Shown here: one piece after another, positions 35,030-44,425 of the stretch
Layout of the letters: the number at the start of each line of letters is the position of its first letter
Position numbering within the stretch: position 1 is the stretch's first letter
Assembly: GCA_017629245.1 (NCBI GenBank)
Contig: JAGBXO010000009.1
Coordinates: forward strand, 38,256 to 102,255
Source of the DNA: Alphaproteobacteria bacterium
GTDB lineage: Bacteria > Pseudomonadota > Alphaproteobacteria > Rs-D84
Direction of reading: 5' to 3'
Length of the DNA: 64,000 nt
Translations under genes and position numbers: made by a program
The notes under the pieces: model-generated
The model's database searches: none
Told to the model about the DNA's origin: nothing
What the model saw: the letters and a program-made list of their open reading frames with translations, nothing else

Positions 35030-37267
35030 ATGAAAAAACTGGTTTTATGTTTTTTCAGTATATTATTGTTTGCGCCCGGTGCATTTGGTGCCGATGGCGC
35101 TGTTTCACGTGTTTTGCCATCACTGGATAATGGTGGGGACGCAAATGCGGATACGGGGCGGGGCACCGTATCGCGCGTGGCAACCCGTGTTGTTGATATG
35201 GGGCAGACGGGAAAAAATACCAAAAGTACAGAAGGTTTGTCGGTTGCGCCGGTGCGCAGTGCGGTATCGCGTGTTTTTTCTGGTGTGTCAGAGGTTAAAA
35301 AGGACACGAGCCTACAGGTGGCGACGGGCGTTGTTGCGCGCTCGGGCTTAAAATCAAACAATACAGCGCGCAGTAATTTAAACGAAGCGGTGAGTACAGT
35401 CGGTCGTAACAAACGTGTGTCAGATGCCAGCATTAATGCAAATCCGACCGTTCGTCGGGCGGGGGTGACACTGCGCCCTAGCACAGCTGAGGTTGGCGGA
35501 CGTGCCATAATAGGAGATACGGGGGTACAAACAGGGTCTAATATAGATGAGCAGGTTCGTGCTGTGCATTCACGTGCCGCCAAAGAAGTGACTGCGGAAT
35601 CAATTGCAGAAGCGACTACACGGTTGGAGCAGACTGCCACATTAAATAAATCTTGTCAGGAACAGTATAATGACTGTATGGATCAGTTTTGCAAGGTTAT
35701 TGATGCAAATCAGGGACGCTGTTCGTGTTCGTCTAACCTAAGTCAGTATGCCAAGGTGGAAGAAGCGGTTAAGGATGCGAATAATCAGTTGAACGAAGTT
35801 GCACAACGCATTCGCTATGTTGGTTTGTCTGCAGATGAAATTCGTGCAATTTTGACCGAGACCGAGGCAGAAGAAGCCTTGTCCGGAACAAAGGACACAT
35901 CACAAACCCGCAATATGTTGGAACAGATTGAAGAATTGATTCGTGATCCGGTATCGAATACGGCAACATTTACAGAATCAGATAGTTTTGGTCTGGATAT
36001 TGATTTGGATTTTTCGTCAGACAGTACGGATATATTTAATATTGATTTCTTGGGAACGGGTAATACGGGCAGTTTTTCAAACCTGCGTGGGGCAGAATTA
36101 TATAGGGCGGCGAAAAAGCGTTGCAATACAGTGTTAAATCAATGCAAAGAAGCGGGCTCAACCATTGCGCAAATTACAGGGAATTATGACCTGGCGATTG
36201 ATAAGGATTGTGTGGCGTATGCAAATGGCCTGAAAAAGATGAACGAGACATTAATCTCAAATGTGGGCAGTGCGAATCGTATGTTGCAAAAGGCGCGTCT
36301 GGCGGTGTTGCAAAATAAAAATACATACGATGCTAAGGGCTGTATTGGCGCGTTAGAGTCGTGTATGACCGATGAAATGGTTTGTGGAGAAAAGTACTTT
36401 AAGTGTGTTGATCCGACAAAAACATATATTGATGAAAATGGTCAGGTTATATTGGGCAGGCGTACGGCAGATATATTGGATTTTATGCAAAATTACAATA
36501 ATGCCAGTATTAATAAAGACTTTTTGGATGGAGCAGAAAGTATAACGATAAATACTGCAAATTGTAAGGCGGTGTCGTCAAATGCAGATACGGGTGATGG
36601 TAAATGTACGGCAAAGTATTTATTGCAAAAGATTGGAACAGGGCAAAAGGTGACAGATAGTGGTTTGTGTCGTGCGGTATTAGATAAGTGTCAGGCCTAT
36701 ACATATGATTCGGACGGCAAGTATATCAAATATAACGATATTGTTGTAAATTATGTTCAGCGTGCATTGGTTAATATTCGTGCAGCGCAAAGTAAGATTA
36801 TATCAGAATATGCGTCCAGTTGTATTGTTGATGTGGCAGATTGTTATAATGAACAGGTGACCCAGGTGAATACTTGGTCTTCAAATGCCAGTGTTGGCAG
36901 TATACAAAAAGTACTGGCAGGTGCGTGTCGTAATGTGGCACTGACATGTGCGTATGCGGTGTTTGCCCAGGATACATCTAGTTGTTCGGTGCGCGATGAA
37001 TCTAAGTGTATACAAAATATTTCGAAAATGTTCTATCAGTCATTGCTGTGTCCAGAAAATTCAACATACACGCAGGTAATAGGAACTGCTGGCATTAATG
37101 GGTATGTTAATACGCACTGTACATGTAATACAGGGTATGAAATATGGGGCAGTTCGTGTCTGAAGAAATGTAATGAGGTGTCTGAGGTGCGTGATTCATA
37201 CGGGGTGTGTCAATGTAGTTCGGGTTATGAATTGGCGAATGGGGTGTGTACCAAAAAATCAAGTTAA
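35030..37267 (+). CDS. Large secreted cysteine-rich protein (C-x6-C repeats, two EGF-like C-terminal modules)
   Basis: Signal peptide MKKLVLCFFSILLFAPGAFGA. A basic VSRV-repeat region of about 190 aa. At least 6 C-x6-C motifs. C-terminal CTCNTGYEIWGSSC and CQCSSGYELANGVC. TGaTATAAT promoter at 35009-35017. Confidence 0.65.
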   Translation: MKKLVLCFFSILLFAPGAFGADGAVSRVLPSLDNGGDANADTGRGTVSRVATRVVDMGQTGKNTKSTEGLSVAPVRSAVSRVFSGVSEVKKDTSLQVATGVVARSGLKSNNTARSNLNEAVSTVGRNKRVSDASINANPTVRRAGVTLRPSTAEVGGRAIIGDTGVQTGSNIDEQVRAVHSRAAKEVTAESIAEATTRLEQTATLNKSCQEQYNDCMDQFCKVIDANQGRCSCSSNLSQYAKVEEAVKDANNQLNEVAQRIRYVGLSADEIRAILTETEAEEALSGTKDTSQTRNMLEQIEELIRDPVSNTATFTESDSFGLDIDLDFSSDSTDIFNIDFLGTGNTGSFSNLRGAELYRAAKKRCNTVLNQCKEAGSTIAQITGNYDLAIDKDCVAYANGLKKMNETLISNVGSANRMLQKARLAVLQNKNTYDAKGCIGALESCMTDEMVCGEKYFKCVDPTKTYIDENGQVILGRRTADILDFMQNYNNASINKDFLDGAESITINTANCKAVSSNADTGDGKCTAKYLLQKIGTGQKVTDSGLCRAVLDKCQAYTYDSDGKYIKYNDIVVNYVQRALVNIRAAQSKIISEYASSCIVDVADCYNEQVTQVNTWSSNASVGSIQKVLAGACRNVALTCAYAVFAQDTSSCSVRDESKCIQNISKMFYQSLLCPENSTYTQVIGTAGINGYVNTHCTCNTGYEIWGSSCLKKCNEVSEVRDSYGVCQCSSGYELANGVCTKKSS

Positions 37268-37298
37268 AAAAAACGGCGGAATGCCGTTTTTTTTAACT
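37262..37298. terminator. Bidirectional terminator
   Basis: AGTTAAAAAAAACGGC-GGAAT-GCCGTTTTTTTTAACT palindrome between convergent genes. Confidence 0.8.
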
Positions 37299-37301
37299 TG
37301 A

Positions 37302-37826
37302 TTATCGTATGTTTTGACGCGCAATGTATTCGTTTATCATATTGTCGCGTAACGTTAACTGGTGTTTTAAATCATTACGTGATGCGTGGTTCAGGTGCGA
37401 TAAATAATCCTTTTCGTAATTATCAAATACATACCAACCGCCGGGGTAGACCTGAACAACAGGTTTGCCGTTGTCTTTGTCCAGGTATTCAATAATTGTT
37501 GCAGAAATGCGTTCGCCCATAATTTCGCGCAAGATATCGTGGCTGCGAACCATGTCGACTGCGCATGGGTTCGGAAATTGTTTACATGAAATAAATCCTG
37601 AAGTTTGATCTTGTTTTTTTCCGTTGATTTCAATTACTGGTAATGGTGTGGTTTTGCACAGGTCAAACAGTGTGGCATTGGCCAGCACCTTATATGTAAT
37701 GACATACGTGTTCTTTTTCTTTTTGCTGCTATGGTTTGGTGCGATTTCTGGTTTTTGTGTCTGTTCAACAGCGGGTTGTTCGCTGACTTTTTCTGTTTTT
37801 TGTTTAAAAATATCAAAAAATCCCAT
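37302..37826 (-). CDS. Hypothetical 174-aa protein
   Basis: Intact ORF with its own terminator. The N region is Lys-rich and probably disordered. No recognisable family. Confidence 0.45.
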   Translation of the reverse strand: MGFFDIFKQKTEKVSEQPAVEQTQKPEIAPNHSSKKKKNTYVITYKVLANATLFDLCKTTPLPVIEINGKKQDQTSGFISCKQFPNPCAVDMVRSHDILREIMGERISATIIEYLDKDNGKPVVQVYPGGWYVFDNYEKDYLSHLNHASRNDLKHQLTLRDNMINEYIARQNIR

Positions 37827-37929
37827 GCTTTATCCTTTGTGTTTTTAATATGTGTTATATGTTTATATTAGTACACAAAAAAGGATTGTCAATAGTTGTT
37901 GTAAAAAAATACCGAAAAATCGGTATTTT

Positions 37930-39909
37930 TTATACAAACAAATCTTTGACGAATTGGGCATGCTCGGTAATGAACTTAAATCGAAATTCTGGTTTTTTGC
38001 CCATCAGTTCTGATACGATTGTACGAGTTTTCTCGGTGTCTTCGGCGCCTTCTTCGGTGCGTGGGGGCAGGTCAACGCGTATTAATCGCCGTGTTTTTGG
38101 GGACATGGTGGTTTCTTTTAGTTGATTTGGCATCATTTCGCCCAGTCCCTTAAAACGTGATATTTCTACACGTTTGTTTTTGTATTTTGTAGATTTCAGA
38201 TTTTCTAGTTCTTCGTCGGTGTCAACATAAATCGATTCGGTGCCACAGGTTAATTTATACAGCGGTGGACAAGATAGATATAAATGTCCGCCATATATTA
38301 ATTGTGGCATGAATTGATAAAAGAACGCCATCAACAGTGATGCGATATGGCTGCCGTCAACGTCGGCATCAGTCATTACAATAATTTTTTCATAACGCAA
38401 TTTGTCTTCGTTCCAATCTTTGGCGGTTCCGGCGCCAATAATATCAATCAGATCATTTAATTCTTTGTTTGCGCCGAATCTTTCGTCGGAATTTGATATA
38501 ACATTTAAAACCTTGCCACGCAGGGGCATGATTGCCTGGGTCGCGCGGTCGCGTGCCTGTTTCGCGGTGCCGCCCGCCGATTCGCCCTCTACAATAAACA
38601 ATTCGGTGCCGGCGATACCATGCTTGGAACAATCGGCTAATTTCGCGGGCATGCGAATACGTTTTGTTGGTGTTTTGCGGGCGACGTCTTTGACCTGTTT
38701 TGTTTTTATACGTGCGTTTGCCAGATTAACTACAAATTCCAGCAATGCGTTTGCAGTTTTGGGGTCGGACGCTAAAAATATTTCCCACGGGTCACGCAAT
38801 GCATTTTCGGTGAAACGTGCAACCTCAGGGTTAGATAATTTTTCCTTGGTTTGTCCTAGAAACTGTGGTGTTTTATAGAATACAGATACAATCGCGGCCA
38901 CAGAATCAAAAACATCTTCGCCAATGATTGTAGCGGCGGCTTTGTTATTTGTTTTTTCGCCGTATGCCTTAATCCCCTTGGTAATTGCGGATTTAAAGCC
39001 TGTTTCATGTGTGCCGCCATCAATTGTTGCAATTGTGTTGCAGTATGATGAAAAGAATCCGTCATCAGATGCGGCGCCGTTTTCATCAGTTAAAAATGTT
39101 AATGCCCATTCAACACGTCCACAATCGTCGGGAAAATCCACGCTGCCACTAAAAATGCGGGGCAGGATGCGCGGTTTTGAATCTGTTTTCTCTGCCAAGA
39201 AGTCAGCAACACCATTTGGATAATAAAATGTTGTTGTGGCAGGGATGTTCATATCTTCTGTTAATAATTCGGGATTGCAATGCCAATCAATTTTTACGCC
39301 ACGGGACAGGAATGCCTTGGCACGGGCCATACGGTAAATCTTGACTGGTTTAAATGTTGCGTTTGCGCCGAATATTTCATCGTCAATTGTAAAGCGGATT
39401 TTTGTGCCGTGGTTTTTGGTTGTGTCCCCGCGGGTCATGGGTGATGTGGTCAGGCCGCGTGAAAATGTCTGATGCCAGTTATAGCCATCACGTGCAATAT
39501 CAACAATCATTTCTGATGACAAGGCGTTTACAACAGCCGATCCTACACCGTGCAAGCCACCACTGGTTTTATAAACATTATTGTTAAATTTACCCCCAGA
39601 ATGCAGTGTGGTTAAAATAACTTCTAGTGCGGATTTGCCGGGGTATTTTGGGTGTTCGTCAACAGGGATGCCGCGTCCGTCGTCCGCAATTTCAATTGTT
39701 TTAGAATCAATTAAATTTACTGTTATTTTCTTGGCAAAGCCAGCGACGGCTTCGTCAATAGAATTGTCCATTATTTCAATTGGCAGGTGGTGCCATGCTT
39801 TTTCATCTGTGCCACCGATATACATTCCGGGGCGCAGGCGTACGGGTTCCAGACCTTCTAGAACCTGAATGTCGGATGCGTCATATGTGTTTATTTTTTT
39901 CTCTGTCAT
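37930..39909 (-). CDS. parE: Type IIA topoisomerase ATPase subunit, most likely topoisomerase IV subunit B
   Basis: GHKL ATPase motifs (GLHGVGSAVVNALS), Toprim EGESAGG and DADVDGSHI. The 659-aa length fits ParE rather than the roughly 800-aa GyrB. Confidence 0.7.
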   Translation of the reverse strand: MTEKKINTYDASDIQVLEGLEPVRLRPGMYIGGTDEKAWHHLPIEIMDNSIDEAVAGFAKKITVNLIDSKTIEIADDGRGIPVDEHPKYPGKSALEVILTTLHSGGKFNNNVYKTSGGLHGVGSAVVNALSSEMIVDIARDGYNWHQTFSRGLTTSPMTRGDTTKNHGTKIRFTIDDEIFGANATFKPVKIYRMARAKAFLSRGVKIDWHCNPELLTEDMNIPATTTFYYPNGVADFLAEKTDSKPRILPRIFSGSVDFPDDCGRVEWALTFLTDENGAASDDGFFSSYCNTIATIDGGTHETGFKSAITKGIKAYGEKTNNKAAATIIGEDVFDSVAAIVSVFYKTPQFLGQTKEKLSNPEVARFTENALRDPWEIFLASDPKTANALLEFVVNLANARIKTKQVKDVARKTPTKRIRMPAKLADCSKHGIAGTELFIVEGESAGGTAKQARDRATQAIMPLRGKVLNVISNSDERFGANKELNDLIDIIGAGTAKDWNEDKLRYEKIIVMTDADVDGSHIASLLMAFFYQFMPQLIYGGHLYLSCPPLYKLTCGTESIYVDTDEELENLKSTKYKNKRVEISRFKGLGEMMPNQLKETTMSPKTRRLIRVDLPPRTEEGAEDTEKTRTIVSELMGKKPEFRFKFITEHAQFVKDLFV

Positions 39910-39982
39910 AGTGATATTATTATTAAAACATTTTTAAATTTTGTGCAAGCCCAAAGAATTTCTGCCTAAATCATATTTTGGG

Positions 39983-40011
39983 GTTGAATTTTTGTTGTGG
40001 GCGACTATATA
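39983..40011 (+). promoter_or_regulatory. Candidate RpoH (sigma32)-type heat-shock promoter for dnaJ
   Basis: GTTGAA - 15 nt - CTATATAT. This fits the alphaproteobacterial CTTG-N17/18-CYTATNT consensus as I remember it. Confidence 0.35.
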
Positions 40012-40040
40012 TTTGTTATCAACAAACCATATGGAAAATA

Positions 40041-41177
40041 ATGATGAATAAAAACCCGTACGAAGTCTTGGGCGTGGCCCGTGATGCGTCAGATGCTGAT
40101 ATTAAAAAGGCGTATCATAAGTTGGTGATGAAATATCATCCAGACAGAAATCCAGATAATAAAGATGCAGAAGAAAAGTTTAAAGAAGTTAATAATGCGT
40201 TTGATATTCTAAAAGACCCGCAGAAGCGCGCGGCGTATGACCGATTCGGTGATGCAGCATTTGCAAATGGTAATGGTGCAGGTGCGGGCTTTGGCGGTGG
40301 TAATCCGTTTGGTGATGGTGCGTTTCACTTTAATATGGGTGGTGGTGCAGGTATGGAAGATATCCTGCGCGAGGCTATGCGTGGATTTGGATTTGGTGAC
40401 TTTGGTGGCGGTGCGTCTGGGCGCGCGGCGCAACAGCGCAGTGGACGTGACCTGTTGGACGAAGTTGTTATTGATTTAAAAGATGCTTATTTTGGCAAGA
40501 CGCATACGGTTAAGTTTTCCAGTAATGTAGAATGTGAAAAATGTCATGGGCATGGTACGGCCGATGGCAAGCCGGCGCCTGTCTGTTCGCGTTGTGGGGG
40601 CAGTGGATTTGTTCATACGCGCCAGGGGTTCTTTGCGATGGAGACACCGTGTCCAGAATGCAATGGCTTAGGCAGAAAGATTAGTAAAAAATGCAGCGCG
40701 TGTGATGGTACGGGTACGCAACATAAACAGCGTACATTAGAGGTGAAAATTCCAGCGGGTATTGAAGATGGGGCGCGTCTGCGTTTGGCTGGTCAGGGCG
40801 AGGCAGGGTCAAACGGTGCGCCGGCTGGTGATTTTTATTTAGATGTGCGGATTCGTCCAGATAAACGTTTTGAGCGTCAGGGAAATGATTTGATAATGCG
40901 TATGGATGTTCCGTTTACAACACTGGCCCTAGGGGGCGAGATTGAAGTTGAAACAATTGATGAGAAGAAATTATCAGTCAAAGTTCCGGCCGGTACCCAG
41001 GTTGGTGAAAAATTGCGTGTGCGTGGGCATGGTATGCCATCGGTTCGTCGTGCTGGGGCGAACGGGGATTTGTATATAGATATTGCAATTAAAATCCCAA
41101 CAAAGTTAACGGATAAACAAAAGAAGGCTTTGGCTGAATTTGCAGAAATGAAGTCTGATAAAAAAAGTTGGTTTTAG
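40041..41177 (+). CDS. dnaJ: Molecular chaperone DnaJ
   Basis: J domain (YEVLGV...HPDRN), G/F region, four CxxCxGxG zinc motifs, C-terminal domains. Confidence 0.9.
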   Translation: MMNKNPYEVLGVARDASDADIKKAYHKLVMKYHPDRNPDNKDAEEKFKEVNNAFDILKDPQKRAAYDRFGDAAFANGNGAGAGFGGGNPFGDGAFHFNMGGGAGMEDILREAMRGFGFGDFGGGASGRAAQQRSGRDLLDEVVIDLKDAYFGKTHTVKFSSNVECEKCHGHGTADGKPAPVCSRCGGSGFVHTRQGFFAMETPCPECNGLGRKISKKCSACDGTGTQHKQRTLEVKIPAGIEDGARLRLAGQGEAGSNGAPAGDFYLDVRIRPDKRFERQGNDLIMRMDVPFTTLALGGEIEVETIDEKKLSVKVPAGTQVGEKLRVRGHGMPSVRRAGANGDLYIDIAIKIPTKLTDKQKKALAEFAEMKSDKKSWF

Positions 41178-41200
41178 GTCTTGTTTATATGGCCCTAGGA

Positions 41201-41226
41201 AACGCCACCTGTTGTGGCGTTTTTTG
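41201..41226 (+). terminator. Rho-independent terminator
   Basis: AACGCCAC-CTGT-TGTGGCGTT followed by a T-run. Confidence 0.75.
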
Positions 41227-41295
41227 TTGCATTGATTTATTTTTTATATATTATAAGCTGGCATTTTTTTCGGTAAAAATATAAGGATATATAAC

Positions 41296-41679
41296 ATGAA
41301 TTTGAAAAAAGTTAAGTTAAACTATTTTTTATTTGGTTTTTGCTTGGCGATTGTGGGGCGTGCGGCGGGCAGTTTTATGGTCGGTAATCCCAGTGTGCGT
41401 GAGGCAGATTTTGAGGACGACAAGGTCAGAACTGTGCAACAAGATGCCAGTGCATGGCGTGATACTTTGTTTGTGCTAAGTGCGCAACTATCTGCGTCTG
41501 GGCCGGGGCATGATGTTATATTTGTGAATAAGAATGGCGTAAAGCAGATGGTTCGTGGTATGCGGGACAATGTTGCGGTTGTGGATTCGGGTGATGTTGT
41601 TGTTATTGATGAAAGTTGCAATGTTGTAGAACGGTTGGCGCGTGGTAAAAAGTTGGAATCTTTTGTGAAACAGAAATAA
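41296..41679 (+). CDS. Hypothetical exported or membrane-anchored 127-aa protein
   Basis: N-terminal hydrophobic segment YFLFGFCLAIVGRAAG. No recognisable family. Confidence 0.45.
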   Translation: MNLKKVKLNYFLFGFCLAIVGRAAGSFMVGNPSVREADFEDDKVRTVQQDASAWRDTLFVLSAQLSASGPGHDVIFVNKNGVKQMVRGMRDNVAVVDSGDVVVIDESCNVVERLARGKKLESFVKQK

Positions 41680-41710
41680 AAAGAACCGGCATATTTGCCG
41701 GTTCTTTTTT
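41680..41710. terminator. Bidirectional terminator
   Basis: AAAAGAACCGGC-ATATTT-GCCGGTTCTTTTTT between convergent genes. Confidence 0.8.
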
Positions 41711-42644
41711 ATCTTATTTTTTGATGTGCGTATTTGTTTATAAAGTCGCGTTCGGTTTGCATTAACAGTGACTGTGTTTTTTGAACGGGGGTTCGGGATA
41801 TGTCATCTTCTGGTCGGATGTGTAGATTTTTTATCATATTGATTCGCGCGCTGTCTAGTTCGGTGAATATGATTTCCAGGATTTTTTTAGAATTAATCGG
41901 CTGGGTGTAGTTTATTTTCGCGATTGCGTTTTCTAGTGCCTGGGTGCGTGTGTATAATGTTGCAGCACCCATGTGGTCGGCCAGTGGTGTGCTGCGCGAT
42001 ATGTAAAAATCGTTTTGTGCGGCGATGTGTGATTTGCTGTAGTCGGCAAACAGTGCGGCGCGGTTAATGCGTCTGAATTCATTAAAGTCTATTTTGTTTT
42101 TGTATGCGATTGCGTTTATAATTTTTTCTTGGCGTGACAGTTGTTCGCGTAAATGTATGCGTGCAAATTGATAGCAATATGCGTTCATTTGTTCAAAAGA
42201 CATGTGTGGGTCAATTATTGGTGCGATAAAATATGTTCGCGAAAAAATCATGTTTGGGTTATTTCGTGACATGCACCAGCAGGCATAGCGGGATAATTTA
42301 AAATCTTTGGCGTGTTTAAATTGATGATTGTCCAATGAGTATGGGTGGGTGATTAGTGCTGTGTGATTGTTGAAAAAGTCTATGTTTGTTGGTTGCAGTT
42401 TTGGGAATGCGCGTGTTGGCTTTGGGGTGGTTGGCATAACCATGTTTTGCCATATGTGTGCGCTGAATGATGGTTGGGTTGGAAACAGAATTTCGCCATA
42501 TAAATTGTGTAGATCGGAATACAGCCAGTGTTCATCAGATATATTTTCAGGATATGTTTCAGGGAATAGTGATAGTTGATCGTCTGTTTTTGCGCGTTTT
42601 GTGTTTAGTGTTGTAAAAATTTCTTGTTTTGATGGTGCGGGCAT
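41709..42644 (-). CDS. DinD-like (DNA-damage-inducible protein D family) protein, tentative
   Basis: Central FKLSRYACWCM...SRTYFIAPI resembles the LSRYACY...QTYFAIQT core that I recall for DinD-family proteins. DHMGAATLYTRTQ resembles the DHMG...RATQ block. This is a comparison from memory only. Confidence 0.35.
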   Translation of the reverse strand: MPAPSKQEIFTTLNTKRAKTDDQLSLFPETYPENISDEHWLYSDLHNLYGEILFPTQPSFSAHIWQNMVMPTTPKPTRAFPKLQPTNIDFFNNHTALITHPYSLDNHQFKHAKDFKLSRYACWCMSRNNPNMIFSRTYFIAPIIDPHMSFEQMNAYCYQFARIHLREQLSRQEKIINAIAYKNKIDFNEFRRINRAALFADYSKSHIAAQNDFYISRSTPLADHMGAATLYTRTQALENAIAKINYTQPINSKKILEIIFTELDSARINMIKNLHIRPEDDISRTPVQKTQSLLMQTERDFINKYAHQKIR

Positions 42645-42676
42645 GGTGTGTGTCTCTCTCTAATTTTTGTGTGGGG

Positions 42677-42901
42677 TTATTTCTTGTCGTCTAGGTTGGC
42701 CAGTGAATATAAAACAGACGAAATTAATGATTGATATGGTACATGCTGGGTTTCTGCTAGTTCTTTTATTTTGTCCAGAATAGGGCGCGGAATGCGCATG
42801 TTGATTACGCAATCAGATTTGTTAAAAGCCTTGTATGCGGCATATTCGCGCAGCAAGGATTCCATATTCATTACAAATAATTGTTGCATAACATTTGGCA
42901 T
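42677..42901 (-). CDS. Ribbon-helix-helix protein, BrnA/CopG-like (antitoxin-like)
   Basis: INMRIPRPILDKIKELAETQHVPYQSLISSVL resembles the BrnA-family C-terminus (...G(I/V)PYQ(T/S)LI...). The start at 42901 (MPNVMQQ) or 42919 is ambiguous. Confidence 0.45.
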   Translation of the reverse strand: MPNVMQQLFVMNMESLLREYAAYKAFNKSDCVINMRIPRPILDKIKELAETQHVPYQSLISSVLYSLANLDDKK

Positions 42902-43108
42902 ATACGCACCTCTATACATACTGCAATACGACGGTAATTACAAGGAACTATACCATTGTAAATACATTTGTCAATACAAATATAAACACATCTGTATTTG
43001 CTGTTGTGATGGCGGTTGTGTTGTTGGGTGTGTTGTGTGTCATTTGGTTTGATTTTTCCCAATTGTGTGTTTAAAATTGGTTGTATGTATGAAAGGAAAG
43101 GACCGAAT

Positions 43109-44425
43109 ATGTTGAAGCGTTTTTTTGCTGTGTTGGTTGCATTGATGGTTGCAATGCCGGTGCGCGCCGAATTAAAGGTTGATATTATTGCTGGTGCGGC
43201 TGAACCGATTTCAATCGCTGTTCAGAAATTTGAAGTGGCCGATGGTGTTCCAGCCAAGGTTGCGTCAATGATGCGCGGGGTGGTTGAAAATGATTTAAAA
43301 AGTACGGGGTTGTTTCGTATTGTAAATCACGATGCGTTTCCAGAATATGTTAAAATGCATGCGATGCCGACATTTAAGTCGTGGGCGGCGATAAAAACCC
43401 AGGTCTTGGTTCAGGCTAAATTGACGGCAGAATCTGATAACCGTTATAAGTTGGATTTTTTTGTGTGGGATGTTAATGGACGTGAACAAATAGAAGCGCA
43501 ATCCTTGGTTGCAACGCGTAAGACTGCGCGTCGCCTGGCGCATATTATGGCTGATGCGATTTATGAACGTTTGACGGGCGAGGTTGGCTATTTTGATACG
43601 CAAATTGTATTTATTGCGGAAACGGGTGATGTTTCAAATCGTGTAAAGCGGTTGGCGATTATGGATCAAGATGGGGCGGGAATGCGATATCTGTCAGATT
43701 CGGGTGCGATGGTTATGTCGCCACATTTTTCACCAAATATGCAGTCTATTGTATTCTTGTCTTATTATAATGATGACCCGATGGTGTGGAGTTTGAATCT
43801 GGATACAGGGGAGCAGCGTCGCTTGGGACAGTTTGGTGGAATGAACTTTGCGCCGCGTTTTTCGCCTGACGGGTCACGTGTGGCGATATCGTTGGTGAAA
43901 AATGGTATTACACATATTTATGAATTTAATCTGGAAACAAATGAATTGCGCCAATTGACATTTGGTAATTCGATTAATACCAGTCCGTCTTATTCCCCAG
44001 ATGGTAAAAAGATGGCGTTTAATTCAGATCGTTCCGGTCGTCAACAGATTCATATATTGGACCTGGATACTGGCGAGGTTGAGCGTATAACGTATGGTTC
44101 GGGGCGCTATGCAACGCCGGCATGGTCGCCAGATGGTCAGTTTATTGCCTTTACAAAAATCGCGGATGATACATTCTATGTGGGTATTATGGATCCGCGG
44201 GGGCGCAATGAAAAGATTTTAGCGGGTGGCTGGTTTATGGAGGCGCCGTCTTGGGCGCCGGGGTCGCGTCGCATCGTTTACTATGAAACAGAAAAGCATT
44301 TAGATGGTATTGACCGCATCAGCCATATTCGCAGTGTCGATATTACGGGTCAGAATTTCTATGATATCGAATTGCCTGATGGTGTAAACGGGACCGAGCC
44401 AACGTGGTCGCCAAAGTTGCCATAA
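43109..44425 (+). CDS. tolB: Tol-Pal system periplasmic beta-propeller protein TolB
   Basis: Signal peptide MLKRFFAVLVALMVAMPVRA. N-terminal TolB domain. Repeated ...SPDG..(I/V)AF... propeller blades (FSPDGSRVA, YSPDGKKMAF, WSPDGQFIAF). Confidence 0.85.
   Translation: MLKRFFAVLVALMVAMPVRAELKVDIIAGAAEPISIAVQKFEVADGVPAKVASMMRGVVENDLKSTGLFRIVNHDAFPEYVKMHAMPTFKSWAAIKTQVLVQAKLTAESDNRYKLDFFVWDVNGREQIEAQSLVATRKTARRLAHIMADAIYERLTGEVGYFDTQIVFIAETGDVSNRVKRLAIMDQDGAGMRYLSDSGAMVMSPHFSPNMQSIVFLSYYNDDPMVWSLNLDTGEQRRLGQFGGMNFAPRFSPDGSRVAISLVKNGITHIYEFNLETNELRQLTFGNSINTSPSYSPDGKKMAFNSDRSGRQQIHILDLDTGEVERITYGSGRYATPAWSPDGQFIAFTKIADDTFYVGIMDPRGRNEKILAGGWFMEAPSWAPGSRRIVYYETEKHLDGIDRISHIRSVDITGQNFYDIELPDGVNGTEPTWSPKLP

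Noticed and set aside
34981-35640. 219-aa minus-strand ORF opposite the 5' part of the 745-aa gene.
   Set aside because: It is an artefact of the locally GC-rich, Arg/Ser/Val-coding region. The plus-strand gene has a promoter, a signal peptide and a continuous 745-codon frame.
43016-43108. N-terminal extensions of track ORFs: tolB from 43016, typA to 24598, trxB from 27086, dnaA from 33595, dnaJ from 39978, plsC to 48771, and yqaA to 63024.
   Set aside because: Internal Met codons preceded by purine-rich RBSs give canonical N-termini or signal peptides. The extensions are hydrophobic or Cys-rich junk, overlap neighbouring genes, or contain the promoter.
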